Position numbers and translations under genes: made by a program. DNA of 64,000 bases from Phoronis australis (taxonomy: Eukaryota; Animalia; Phoronida). Of this stretch, positions 11,740 to 25,300 are shown piece after piece. Location of the stretch: positions 392,958 through 456,957 of the forward strand of contig NMRA01000247.1 in NCBI GenBank assembly GCA_002633005.1, written 5' to 3'. Position 1 is the first letter of the stretch, and every line of letters starts with the position of its first letter. The notes under the pieces are model-generated. The model was given only the letters and a program-made list of their open reading frames with translations. It had not been told where the DNA came from and made no database searches.

Positions 11740-12440
11740 ATATATATTTATTGAAGAATACACAAGATATACAAAGAAATGATGACAAATCCAGAAATCG
11801 CGAAGCATTATATCTGGGTTGTAAACAATTCATAAATGAAACTAATATACATAGAGGTATATACATTTAAGTAGTATCTAATATAAGTATCCCAATATTT
11901 AGATATGTTATTGCGAATGTATAAAAACAAAAACATGTACATATTCATGTATGGAAATCAGAAGCAGCAATATTGATAAGCGGTACATAAAAATTTGCTA
12001 ACGTTGCTTAGGAGGAATTCATTGAGAACGACGTCAAAGTTAGGACTACCATTCAATAATAATGTAACTTTAGAAGGGATATTATCACAAGAATTGAGAA
12101 CATTAACAATTGATTGGTTTTCATTAAGTGCACGAAAGAGTGAGTCTCTCAGGGATTCGATGAGGGGACATTTGAAGAAAATATGAGGACAAGATTGATG
12201 GTCACCACATTTACAGTTTGGAGAAACATTACCAAAGTTATGCCTAAACTTGTCAGAATTGAGGAAAAGACCACATCTTGATCTGCACAATGCTATTTCG
12301 TTATCGCGGGGAAGGGAGAATTGAGTTAAGGGTGCTGAGTTATCAAAATTGTGAAAAACAGTTCTAAAATTATTTTTATACTCGTAAAAAAGTTGCTTTC
12401 CTTAACAGAGACTGGAAGAGAATTCCAGTTGTTTCAGAAT
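11740..12440 (-). mobile_element. 5'-truncated LINE (CR1/L2-group-like): ORF2 C-terminus plus 3' UTR
   Basis: NWNSLPVSVKES... followed by LCRSRCGLFLNSDKFRHNF..SPNCKCGDHQSCPHIFFKCP..RDSLF...LLLNGSP...NVSKFL. The WNSLP motif and CxC-x6-H-x4-C tail are typical of LINE ORF2 ends. AATAAA lies on the minus strand near 11746-11751. Confidence 0.8.
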
Positions 12441-12974
12441 ATGAAGGTGTCGATACGTCGTGGAACTCTAACCATTTCTGATGAAATCGGTACGGGATAA
12501 GTTTTGATATCTTTTAGTCATTGAGAATTCGTCGACTTGCCGTGATCTTTGACTTCCCAACCTTTGGTCGGCTAGCAAAACAAAGATCAATATCGTATTT
12601 CAAATAAGGGCAGGCCATTCAATTTCTATTTGACGTCATAAATAATAACTGGTACGACGATTATCCAAGAACAATAAGTGTTTTGGTTAAATAGTATACC
12701 AATCGCTGAGACTCTTTTGGCCTTATTACACCTATACAATCACTAGACCAAGGTATATTTTAGTGCCTAAATATGAAGGGAAACTTCAAAATTATTAACA
12801 AGCTCATCGTAAAACAACCTTGAGTAAACGGGAGACAAACTTGAACCTTATGAGGTTGCGTCAAACGTCGAGAAGATCAACAACATTTGAAGTTGCGTTT
12901 GGCGAGTGAAGCCACTGAGTCGGCCAATCTGAGGTCGGATTTGGCGAGCTGGTCTTCGCCAAACGGAACGCTGC

Positions 12975-15900
12975 ATGGAATACTTCGGTTTGTGTTGCAG
13001 TCTGTAAGAAGCCCCCAGGGTGACCGACTATAGAATGACAAGCTATTATTTTGTATCAATTAATCTCCTTTCTTTACATCGCAACCTAATAAATATGGAC
13101 TTTCACAAACAAGCCCACACAACAACTGCCTAGCACTTAGTGAAGAAAACTCGTTGAATCCAAGCGCATGCGCGCACCCAGCCTAAAATATAAGGGGCTC
13201 GAATTCTTGAGAATGTGGACCTTTTAGTGACAAAAAAAAAATAACGGGGTACTGCGTTCACAGTTGTGAATTGTGCATTCGCGCTTAATGGACTTTTGTC
13301 TCGTTCTCTCGGACTTTGTGTTCCTCTGAGGCGGACCTTTTGTATCACTTCACCAAATGGGAGGCTCGTTCGAGCCCCCGAGTCCCCCTGGTGGGTGCGC
13401 GCATGAAGTGAACGTAGCAATTTGCGTATTCGACGTGTTTTATCGTCTCTCTAATATTAGTTGAAACGCTAGACATGGACTACTTGAACAAAATATATTT
13501 TATCTGCATTCTGTAGTTCCGAAGCCATAATTTGCCATCTTCATGTGTACATTCACGCACAGAAAACTCTAACCACATTAAACTAATATTTGGACAGTTG
13601 TCAAACGGAAATGTTTTATTTGTCTACTTTCGTTTTGCAGCGATAGATTTGAATCGATTTTTAGAAAGATGTAACAGCCGAGAAGGACTTGTTAGTTCTG
13701 TGTTGGCATACACGCGATGGAAAGGAACTCAGCCCAATTTGGCGGAAATGACAATGGCGAAAAGGAGATTCTTAGAAGTGAGTGTTTTAAGACATTGATT
13801 AGTTATCTCCCCTGAGAAATGTGTTTCACAAAGTTTCACAATGAATATTATAAGAAACTTCAAGGCCGATCATCCGCGTTTATAGGTCAAAAATGCTTGA
13901 GGAGACCATAAATCATTTGAGTCCGTAGTGGAAAATGGCAATGTGAATGTTCACTTCCAACATGGTCGGTCACTATAAACACGACAAAAATCGTCGGCCT
14001 GCAATTTAAGGGGCTACGCGGATTTTTTCTTTCAAAAATTGTGGTTGCCCCCGCTGCATTCTTGATCCACCAGTGCCCCTATTCAAATCAAAGGTAATTT
14101 ATAAAACATCGATTTACATGAATACTGTGACGTAGTGTGAGACAAGGTCTAAATCTTATCTTACACGTTGGGTTCGTAACCCAATCACTTTCACTTTTCC
14201 CAAACAATGAACATGACATACTAAAACAGAAATCGAATAACATTTATTAACAGGATGGGATTCTATTTGCAATGCCAACAAGAACATCGAAACTATACTG
14301 CAAATCAAGAATTAAAGCACTTCAAAGTTTATTTGGCAAATCTTAAAAGTGAAAATTTGAAAGTGGCGCATGCACTCAGTGACTGTGTTTGAGTTGGAAC
14401 GAAGTGAAATTTTATGAGAGTAAAAGACCTAATTCATTAGCGAAAAGCAGTTTTTAACGGAAAATACTTTGACAAATAGTGAAACATGTATTCTCCACCG
14501 CTTTAGATAATGGAAGTAAAATAGAGTTGACATTATAGCCAACATTAATGATTTATAGTGCCTGATGATGAACCATGTATTTTCAAGTGTAATCGCCAAA
14601 ACAATGCTTTTCATAAATATTTGAACAATGCTTAACTTACAAAACAAAAAGTAAGTGTACCGTTTGTTTTGACTCCCAATTGCCTTGAAATTGGACAAAT
14701 GAACATAAAACATTACATGTATTTGCTGAGCAGGAATTAGTTGGTAATTTGATGTTTAGGCTCACCTTATGTCATAGATGTCTTACCTTACGTGAAAACA
14801 ACTTGGTAAAGGTAGAGTTTATAAATGAGGGTAGCAAATTGGATGGTTCTCTTTCACACAGATGACTTTATATTAGTTTGAAATGTTTGAGGATGGAAAT
14901 CCATTTTATCATGGACAGTGTGATGGTTTGAATAAACTTTTCTTGAGTATACTGTTTCCTGGTTGGATTTTAGGCCTAGGAGTAAAATGAAATGCCTTTC
15001 TGTAGAGGACTAATTGTGGAAACATTTCAATCTTCTCTCATGGTATGACGAAAGTCCATGTTCATCGAGTTATACGAAATATCCTCTTGAATACAATGTC
15101 TGAGTTGTGCTATTTTTTTTCGAAATTAGGAGACATTTCATTTTTCATTTTTTTGATGTTTCATAACTGTCTACCAGCATACAAACCTAGTGTTTATAAT
15201 CTATCACAGCTAAAACACGAAGGTTCTACAATCAACAATCCTCAGGGACCCACAGTCTTTCGAGCATATGAGCAATTATTGGATAACAGATTTAAAGCAA
15301 AACCACGGCCAACAACGAAGCCAAAGCTTGAATTTTCCTCGGACAGCGAAGATGACGAAGAAGAGCAAACGGACATTAATAATATCAGTAGTAATAAGAA
15401 CGAGCGAGGAAACTGTGGCGACAAAGATTTCAATGAAAAAAATGACGTAATCATCGAAAATATTGAGTCGACACAGGGTGAAGAAAGCAATGGTCTTCTT
15501 CAGGAGTGTGTAATTGATTGCAAGGCACCAAGTAATGACGCAAAGTGTGAGAGTGACGTTAACAATGCGTGCGCCTCACCTGACCATGAGAAAATGGCAC
15601 TAAGTAACGACGCAAAGTCTGAGAGTGACGTTAACACTTCGCGCGACTCACCTGACCATGAGAAAGTGAAACCAAGTAACGACGCAAAGTCTGAGAGTGA
15701 CGTTAACACTTCGTGCGCGTCACCTGACCATGAGAAAGTGGATGAAATTCAAGTCCGAGTAGATCAAGTGGAGGAACGTTATAAATTTCGCCCCTCAACT
15801 AAACCAACCATCAGAACCAGTTGTTGGAGTTTAACTGGTGAACTAATTCAAGGCGGAAAAGTGACTAACACAAAGGAGAAAACGACAGTATTAAGCAGGT

Positions 15901-18679
15901 ATTACAATTTTGAGCTTATTCAGTCAAAATGAGAACCAGAACGAAGTTATAATATCACGTTTGATTACGATGATGGCGATGATAATGACGACGACGCAGC
16001 GGCAACAACCGTAACGAGGATGGTTGTCGGGCGGCAATATGTGTTCACTTGAAAGCCTGCAGACTCAGAAGAACGATGAGTCCAACCAGTAAAATGTTAA
16101 AAATACTGGTCGTACATCAAACATTTCCAAAAAGCAAGTTTACTCAAAAAAAAATTTCAAACAAATTAAAAAAATGCGTAACGTGCTAAATTATATGTAT
16201 GGAAACAATAAGTTGGATTATTTTTCTCATACTTTTGTATTAAATGTTTATCAGAACATAGCCTTGATCTCTTTAACAACAAGTATCATTATCAGAACAT
16301 AGCCTTGATCTCCTTAACAACAAGTATCATTATCAGAATGTAGCCTTGATCTCCTTAACAACAAGTATCATTATCAGAACATAGCCTTGATCTCCTTAAC
16401 AACAAGTATCATTATCAGAACATAGCCTTGATCTCCTTAACAACAAGTATCATTATCAGAACATAGCCTTGATCTCCTTAACAAGAAGTATCATTATCAG
16501 AACATATTCTTGATCTCCTTAACAACAAGTATCATTATCAGAACATAGCCTTGATCTCTTTAACAACAAGTATCATTATCAGAACATAGCCTTGATCTCT
16601 TTACAAGAAATATCATTATCAGTGGCGCTAATGACTTGCCTTTCCCTCCTCTCTCCTTTTTGTATTTCGTTCTCTTTTTGTTTAGTTCCGTACTTGCTTG
16701 ATTTTAATGTTAGTATTATTTTTTGTTGTTCATTGCTCTATTTTTTGTTCTATGAGAATGTATGTCCCCAAAATCTGCGGGAGTAAGACCACTAAAAATT
16801 ATTTTCAGTCGCTTTCCCTCCAAGAGGTGCAGCTCGTGTTTACCATCGTCTTCCTATCGCCCGGGGTCGGTTTTCCTGAGGTAAGAGTTAACTGGTTGAT
16901 GAAAAGTAGTGACTAGGAGGTGACGGGTGTCTCACTTCAGCCTCCCCAGTAATTGTGGAATTAATTAGGAAAAAAACAAAAACCTGGCAAGGAAAGAGAG
17001 AGTTGATCGAATAGAACCACGACGTTGTGAGTTCGTTATCGTTGTGTATTTAAAATGTTACTACCCTTTCAAAACATTGGCGTGAGCTCCTGTGAAATTG
17101 GAATACATGTCTTGATACTGGAAATGAGTTAGAGGTATTTATCAATTGGGGTCAATAAAAAGGTCTGTTCTATAAAACTGCTATCACGACATTTTACTTT
17201 AATTCAAGAGAAGGATCACTAGTAGGTTTGTCTTTAAAACCAAACCCGTCGTCTTCTTCCAATCAAAGGGTTTCTGGTAAGGGCATAGGCAAATGGTGAA
17301 GAAATTAAATTTGACACCGGTTCGTGTCGCTCCTGGTACCGGCTGTCGTTGTCAGTTTTGACAACCAAAGTTTTTCGAAGAAATTGCAATGTTCTTCCTT
17401 GACTGTTATAGCGAAATATATAATCTAATTCTACTCATATGATTTTCACAGAAAATTGTAATCCCAAAGGTTAGAAATTTGCCTTTTAAAAATCCATAGC
17501 AGGCTATCCACTTAAATGTAGGATTATGCAACAGTAACTACGGTGGGCGTGGCCTGATTGTGTTTGCATAAACTATCCGTTGGTTTCTAGTGGTCAAAAA
17601 TTGAGAGATGACCTGTATGTGTCAAAGCTGTCCGTGTTTCGGAAGAGTTGACCAACTCTGTTAATCTTTGACCCTCTTGTTAGTTACCGATACCCTGTTA
17701 GCAGATATACAGTTAATTTTTTATGCAACACTCTCACGTCGGTAGTATCGGCAGTCTTTATTTCCACAACAGTACACAATGTTAATCGCACCATACGCCT
17801 ACGAGCGGGGGTGGCGGAAGCAAGTACAGCGGTAATTTTTGCTGCCTCTGGTATTTTCTATCTGCAACTTACTTTGTTTCACTTAGCGAAGGCCTGATAA
17901 AAGTGTTTTATTATTATTTTCAGAGACAGCGCCAAAATCAAGAGCGATAATAACCAGCGGTCCTCAACATCTTACACGTAAGTTTTGACATTGAGTGAGG
18001 TCAGTCTGCCGTGCGTGAACGTGGAATCCTGCTTAATCTCAAGATCGCGTATCCGCGAACTTGGAATTGAATGTAACAGCTTATTACTTATTCGTATTAA
18101 AATGACATTTAATAGTATTAAAAAGAGGTTGATGTACATTCAAAACCGAGCACATTTGCACTTGAGACATCGTGAAAATCCAACCAAGATTTAGTGCAGA
18201 TTTGCCCGGCGGTCTGTAGAACAGATACAGGCACCCTCGTGTAACTGTGATATTATGCAACCTAGCACAGGTTCTGTGGTTTAAAATTACCTCATTATAC
18301 AAAATCAAATATTTAGAATATCTGCATTATGTCAATTAAATTTACACACTCAGGTTTCGGATGTTGCGAAGCTGAAGTCGACTAGTGTTGTGGGAGATTT
18401 TAAAGTTTAAAAACATTAAAACAGAAGGCACAATCAATACACGTGAGACACAGATTGATGCTTTTTGTATTGTTTGAGAGAAATCTGTCAGCTCCGCATG
18501 TTCTGCGAATAAACCTGTAGAAAATGGTTCAGTTCTTAACATAGTGTCCTCCTCCATGTGCTGTTTCCCACAGGACTCCTGTCGGCAGAACGGTTTCAGC
18601 CATACCAATGGGAAAACAACAAAGACGGCACGTCACCATATTCCCGAGACTGGACAACAAAAATCTCAACAAGACATGA
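12975..18679 (+). CDS. Unidentified spliced protein-coding gene of about 330 aa, mostly low complexity, with an internal 24-aa repeat
   Basis: Phase-consistent GT-AG exons: 12975-12987 (MEYF, tentative), 13641-13777 (IDLNRFLERCNSREGLVSSVLAYTRWKGTQPNLAEMTMAKRRFLE), 15210-15898 (LKHEGST...VLSR), 17924-17977, and 18574-18679 (ends ...RLDNKNLNKT*). AATAAA near 19061. No family recognised; the first exon is uncertain. Confidence 0.6.
13167..13405. mobile_element. MITE with CATGCGCGCACCCA TIRs and 5-bp TSD
   Basis: TIRs CATGCGCGCACCCA / TGGGTGCGCGCATG; flanks AAGCG / AAGTG differ by one CpG-type change. The internal sequence is shared with 31346-31838. Confidence 0.75.
15531..15740 (+). repeat. 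Coding tandem repeat, 72 bp (24 aa) x about 3
   Basis: SNDAK[CS]ESDVN...SPDHEK units start at 15531, 15603 and 15675. Confidence 0.9.
16248..16622. repeat. 41-bp minisatellite, about 9 copies, intronic
   Basis: Unit TCAGAACATAGCCTTGATCTCCTTAACAACAAGTATCATTA, head-to-tail with no unique spacers. Confidence 0.95.
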
Positions 18680-20272
18680 ATTAAAAGAATCTATTAGCAC
18701 AAGAGGCTTGATTATGACAGACACCACCAGGCTCAGCTCCTAAAGCAACTAAAAGACGAGTAGATCAAGGCATGCAAGGAGGCAGTTTTCCCTCAGCTTC
18801 ATGGCTCATCACACTACGTCCATTCACGAGAGAAAATGAGTTCATACCAACAACTGTGGAGCATAAAAAGATGTGCCAAGAAGTGTACAATTGTGTTTGA
18901 GTGAGAACATGCGAGGGAGGAAGATGTTTCATTTCTTGCATTTTATTTATTGTTGTGACATGTGAAAACAGGTTTGAACAATGTAATTTATATACAATAT
19001 TTCACTGTTTCCATACAAATGAACAATCAATGTCTAGTATACAAAACAGAAAGCCCTCTGAATAAATAAATCATTAAAGTCTAACCTCTATATTAGACAA
19101 TTTGTTCACTTCCAAGCTTTGGAAATCACAAAACTAGATGTGATTTCTGTGGCTGAAAAGCTCATAAATTCTCAGGTTACATGGTGACCATGACCTCAAG
19201 AAATAGCAGTCATTATTCCCAAGCCCAGATATCATGTTTAAAATGAATAAGGAACAAGGCAAGACCGATTTTATAACATTTTAACTTAAAAGTAGTCTAA
19301 ATCGAAATTTAGATGTTTGACAGAAAGCATGGCGGTGTAATGCCGCTTAAAACTGATCTTTTTTTAAAAACACCAAAAGATAACAACCAGCCATCTTCAT
19401 ACAATAGGTCTAAGATATAACAAATACCTGTTCCTGAACCATTTTTTTGAAAAAACAAAGTCACTATATGAATCTTGATAATGGAGTTATACCAGATTGG
19501 TGGACATGGTATTTCCTCTTAACCAATTTTATTTGAGATGACATAAAGGAATCCAAAACAATACTTCCACAAGGAATTCTATGTTTGGGTAACAGCATGT
19601 TTACAGAAGTTTCTCTATCCATTCATTTCAAATCAGTGTCACAGAATGGCATTCAAGATCCTACACATCCAATTTTTTCAAATGAATAAACTTCAATCAC
19701 TCGTAGTTAACATAGTTCAAAGAAAAATAATTGTTTTTATAACAGGTGGTATTATTAACATTAAAAGGTGGTTTTACAATACAGTTTTGGTTGTGAAAAA
19801 AAAATATATTGCCAGTACCTTTACATCCAAAAGAACTTGGGGCTTGGACCAAATCACATTCAGCACTCAAAAACAGATGTCATTGGTTGGTCCACTGTAC
19901 ATGAATTGGGAAGGTATTCTCTCCTGTCAATAAGATCACTGAGGATAATCAAATACTGGCTCAACTTAAAAGTTATTGAAATCATAATAAATGTAGTTGA
20001 TTTTTGGTAATAAATGACAGTACAGTATGTTTGAAATCTACGATGTGCTGGGTTAACACTAAGAAAGTTTGATACTTTTCTTCCTCGGGCATTAATTGGT
20101 TGATGTAGACAATCCTTTAGGATATCTTCAACATGAAAGACTATGCCCTGTATGTGTTCAACCGAACACTGAACTGAGCATTTTGCTTACTAGATTGTCC
20201 ACGCCATACAGAAACATTTGTTCTGTACTCAAGGAAAATCAATGAGGCTGGCGTCACAAGAACCAGACTTAA

Positions 20273-21900
20273 AAGGGGACTGTAGTCAAAATAATGTTGC
20301 AGTTAATCGGTTTTAACATACAAGTAAAACTCACATTTGCCTGACTTGCGTGCCAAACTAAAGCCAATTCGAATTCATGGTCAAAACACTGAATTCTGAA
20401 AGCGATCGCTGATTGGCTGATGTGTCAGTGACGTGAACGGCGGGGTATCGGCTGCTTTACACATTCATTGCTTATGTCATATTTGAAGAGTTTACATCGT
20501 AATTTATCATTGTATCAATCGTCCTTATTTTTTATTGTTTGCCACAGTGCTGTAAAAGGTTCGCTATGCCTTTTTGTATGGCACCTGGTTGCTCAAACTC
20601 TTCGAAAAAGGCGTCTTCTAAAGGGATGGTCATCGCATACCATCGCCGGGTTACCCAAGCCTTGGCCCAAAGCTCAGTGTAGATATGGGCCTACAGGTTT
20701 TAGCCGATATGGGTAAAAAATGTACAAATAAAATCTGACTCAAATAAATTTCCTTAAAACTAAGTCACCCTTGAGTAAACCTAGGAACCAGGTTCCTAGA
20801 GTAAACTAACTTCTGTATTTACCGGTGTTGGAAATGTTAGCGATCGTTCATCGGCTGCTGCTAGTAAAATTGTGATGTGTTCTCGGCTTTTTGCGATTAC
20901 GTCACCTGACCTTTACCAGTTTCTTTTCCCCCTGATTCTTTTATCAAGTGTTCGTCGCTGACGGTACCTAGGTTGCGTACATGTTATAACAAATTATCGG
21001 AGCTTGTTTCATTTTGTTTCAAGTTTTTAGTATTTTTACATCAGCAAACCGAATTTTAGAACAACCTTGGTGCTGCGAAGCTGTTATCATGTCCCGAAAG
21101 ACGTCTCAAATTTTTATGAAATGGCGCGTGCGCCGTGTCACGAGCGTGCTGTTCTTGAAACGGACGACACACTTCTTTGTTAAAAAGGCGGCAAATTATG
21201 CTACCAAATGACGTTTATTTGATTGTTTTCCATTTAAACGGCTGCAACGAACAATGGGAGTGTCGGGTGACTATACCAGATTTTGCATGCGCCCCCGCCG
21301 GTCCGTTAGCTTTATATGTTGATGTAGCCTAAGTTTTACGACGAGGTGACGAGCATAACTGAGTCAACTATACCCGGGTAGTCAACGGCTGTCTGAAATT
21401 TCGGGGTTAACGGAGCTCAACACACAGTGGTACGATAGTCTTCATACAGCTACAGTAGGTAACTTACCAACCCTTCAAGTTTACAGAGCTGCCGGAGTAT
21501 TGGCTGACAGCTGGCTGACTGGATGGCTAGAGTCCACATTGCCCTCGGCACAGTCACTGACACCAGTTGCACCGGCAAATTTTCGTCTGACGATGACGAT
21601 GACTGGGTATCACTTTGTGTTGCCTCGGCTCAAACAGGTATCCTTGTTGACCCGACATTTCACACTAAAATTTCTTATTCCGACAATATGAAGAACGCTA
21701 CTTGATTGCACGCTAACACAGGACAGTGACTTTGCCCCCGCCAATTACGTCACGAGACTAAGCAGCGCTCCAAGCCGGTAATTTTTTTAGCTTCGTTAGA
21801 GAATATAAGTTTAATTTTTGGTGTTGAATTATTAGTGAAATTAATCAACAATTCATAGAAAACTATCCAGAATTTATTCAGAATAAATTACAGTTCCCTT
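20273..21900. mobile_element. Non-autonomous Kolobok-like DNA transposon
   Basis: TTAA (20269-20272) + AAGGGGACTGTAG ... TTACAGTTCCCTT + TTAA (21901-21904): a 13-bp imperfect TIR starting RR with a TTAA TSD. There is a possible eroded THAP-like remnant near 21080-21180 (YHVPKD..KW..LC across frames). Confidence 0.7.
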
Positions 21901-22357
21901 TTAAATGGAGCCTGCAACTCCCCAATGAGTATGACCTCATTTTACATCTAGGTCAATCTGAAGCAGGAAGTCCAGTCAGTGAACAAAACTCTTAAGAGTG
22001 AGTGTGGAAACAGCTTGGACTTGGGCCAAAACCCTACAAAACTTTCATCAAAATTCATTAAACTTCAGTCCTAATTTACAAGCTTTTCATTCATATTTTC
22101 CTCCCTGGCTGTCACTGTTGGTATAATAAGACGGTAAAAAATGCTGCTTGCATCCTTCTGTATCTGCTCATTTCATGACTTAAGACTGCCTACACACTTC
22201 ACACTTCACCTCCAGGTTGAACATTAACCTTCTTAACTTCAATGTTTTTTTGCATTTTTCTTCAAAATAAATGCCAGAGCTTTGATAACACATGATTTTG
22301 TAAACAGCTGGCACATGAACAATGACGACTGAGACCGGTTATCAGACACATGTGTTG

Positions 22358-25300
22358 TCATGACGATGCAGCTTTATTCCTTGACGCTAACACTTCTTGA
22401 AGAAACTCCTCAGATGATTCTAACTGAAGCCTACAGCCAGATAATAAATCTGAAACAGAGAAATATTTGTATTGAATGTGGAATTTTTGCCAAACAAACA
22501 TTTAAAGCATAATTTGCATGTCATTTTCAGACATTCAAGACCAGATTTTTGTGGTGTTCAAAACTGACGGGGCTCCAAAATTTGGATTTTCAATGTCGTT
22601 AAAACTTGGTGAGCTAAATATTTTATAAAAGAATGAAAACGTCAGCATGATAAACATTGAGGTAATGAACAAAAAATCGTGGGACAAAAATCTGATATTT
22701 ATGACATTGTCTGAAATTCCGTGGATTATTGAGAAATGTTGTTACAGTAGACCTTGTATGCACTTTGTGGACTATGAAAAAAGCAAATAGTTATTGTTGT
22801 CCAAAATGGCAAGTCTTCCAAAAATGACAGGACTTTACGATAGAAAGACTATACATAGACATACAATTTTTCCTGACATACTACATACAGTTGTCTCCTG
22901 CAATTAAAACAATATGGAGACAGTCTCGTCATTATCATTTAAGTTGAAATACAAACCCTCCAACTGTTTTTCTGCATCCACAAGAATTGACTTGTCAAAA
23001 GCCGTCTCCTTTTTTTCCCAGAATCCATCTGGAATCCATTTAGCAGGAAGTGGAGTCTCCCGAACAGGTCCGTTGCGACTCACACCATCCGTAAGGCTCT
23101 TGTCAAGTTCATCACACAACTTGAATAGTTCACTACCTTTGCCTTTTAACCTTTCACCTGAAAGTGAGAGGCATCATTTCATTTATGTTTCATGCAATTT
23201 CTGACTTTTTTGATAGCCCTTGTGCAAAAATAAACGTTTTACAAACAATTCCCAACAAAGTTTTGGAGAACAGTGAATAAAGCATAGCATCCAAACATTT
23301 CATATGAAAAGGATCAGGTATTTCCGAGATGTGAATGTTTCAAAGTTAGTCAAATGTGAACATTTTCTTGCTGGGTCCTACATAACTTTAAGGCAGACGT
23401 CATGGTACACGACACAAGCACATGCTCAAAGGGGGAAGCAACCATTTTTGATGTTGCCTTTAGTAACAAGAGCAACGCGGAGTGTTGAAATGCGCCCACG
23501 AATGCATTGCAAATGGTGTGCTTTTAGCGTTATTTATTTGTATCATAAAAATGGAAACTAGATGGCGCAAAAACATACAATCCATCCAAAAACAGGAACA
23601 TGCCATATTTCATAAAAATCTGTCAAGGAACTTCAGAGAAACAAAGGAAAACAGAATAAAATGAATTTGCCACTAGTGGGCACAGTGTCCGTTGGATCCG
23701 CCTGAAAATCGTCGTCGTCTGTTGTTATCTTCATATAAATACACTTACTAAATTTAGTAAAGATCCTGCAGTGGGTTTAAGAGATACAACTATGGGAGCA
23801 AAACAAAACTAACACTAGGAGGCGCCACAGTAATCAGTCACCATCATCAAAGGCCGTCTTCACACTGAGAACATATATGTCAATTTTCAAATGATTTGGT
23901 TGGTACAGGGATGGACACCAAAAACAAGATTTGAAAACAGCAAAAGTGGCCACTAGGTGGTGCAAAATACCTCGATTCCATCCAGAAACAGGCAGATAAA
24001 ATCATCGCACCAATATATGCCTATATTTAAAATTTTATAAAAATCTGTTGAGGACCTTTGAAGATACTGAGTTAAATGTAAAAAACTAAAATTGCCAGTA
24101 GGGGACACAGCAGTAGTCAGATCTGTCTGAAAGTCGTTGTCATCCGTAGTAAACATCACATAAATACACTTGCTAAATTAAGTAAAGATCCTGCGAACGG
24201 TTTAGGAGATACAGCCATAGGCACAACAAAAACAAAACTGCCCCTAGGAGGCGCCACAGAAGTCGAAATCGTCGGAAAATTATCGTCAACTGTCCTCTTT
24301 ATAGTAAGCACATACACGCCAATTTTCACAATCACCCTTTGAGCGGTTTGGTTGACAGAGGGGTGGACGCAAATAAACAGACTTGAAAACAGTAAAAATG
24401 GCCACTAGGTGGCACAAACTACGTCGAATCCATCCAAAAATGGGAGGATAGCGTCATCTCACTAATAGGTGTCAACATATTAAATTTCATAAAAATCCGT
24501 TAAGGACTTTTGAAGATACAAAGGTAAACGTAAAAAACAAAAAAATTGCCACTAGGGGGCACACCGGTAGTCGGATCCGTCCAAAAGTCGTCATTGTCCG
24601 TTGTTAACATTATATAAATACAGTTTCTAAATTTCGGAAAGATCCTGCGAACAGTTTAGGAGATACAGCCATAGGTGCAAAAAAACAAAACTGCCACTAG
24701 GCGCCACAATAGTCGAAATCGTCAGAAAATCATGGTCAACCGTCCTCTTCATAGTAAGCACATAAATGCCAATTTTCACAATAATCCTTTGAGCGGTTTG
24801 GTTGATAAAGGGGTGGACGCAAAAAAACAGACTCGAAAACACTAAAAATGGCCACTAGGTGGCGCAAACTACGTCGAATCCATCTGAAAACGGAAGGATA
24901 GCATTATCTCACTAATAGGTGCCTACATACCAAATTTCATGAACATCCTTTCAGGACTTTTGAAAACACAAAGGTAAAAGTAAAAACTAAAATTGCCACT
25001 AGGGGGCACACCGGTAGTTGGATCTGTCTGAAAATTCGCTTGTGTCGTCCCATTCATGAATAGAACATATGTGCCAAATTTCATGAACGTATGTCAAAGG
25101 GTTTTGGAGATAGAGCAGCGGACGCTGGAAAGACGCCGGATGGACGGAGATGACGGCATAATGCGTCCACATATAAATATGTGGGCGCATAAAAATGCCA
25201 ATCTCTGTTAGAGTCATTTTTACAGGTTAATTATTGTACCATTGACATGTATATACTATGCATGATACTATAGAAAGTAATGTGAACAGCCAGGCAAAAC

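Noticed and set aside
15045-15209. N-terminus of the 295-aa ORF in the track (MTKVHVHRV...)
   Set aside because: Probably intron read-through. A phase-compatible acceptor at 15209 joins the upstream exon 13641-13777.
16248-16622. Regular 41-bp repeats (also the 44-bp array at 29261-29604 and the 42-bp array at 29804-29920) as CRISPR arrays
   Set aside because: The units are contiguous with no unique spacers, there are no cas genes, and the context is eukaryotic introns. They are minisatellites.
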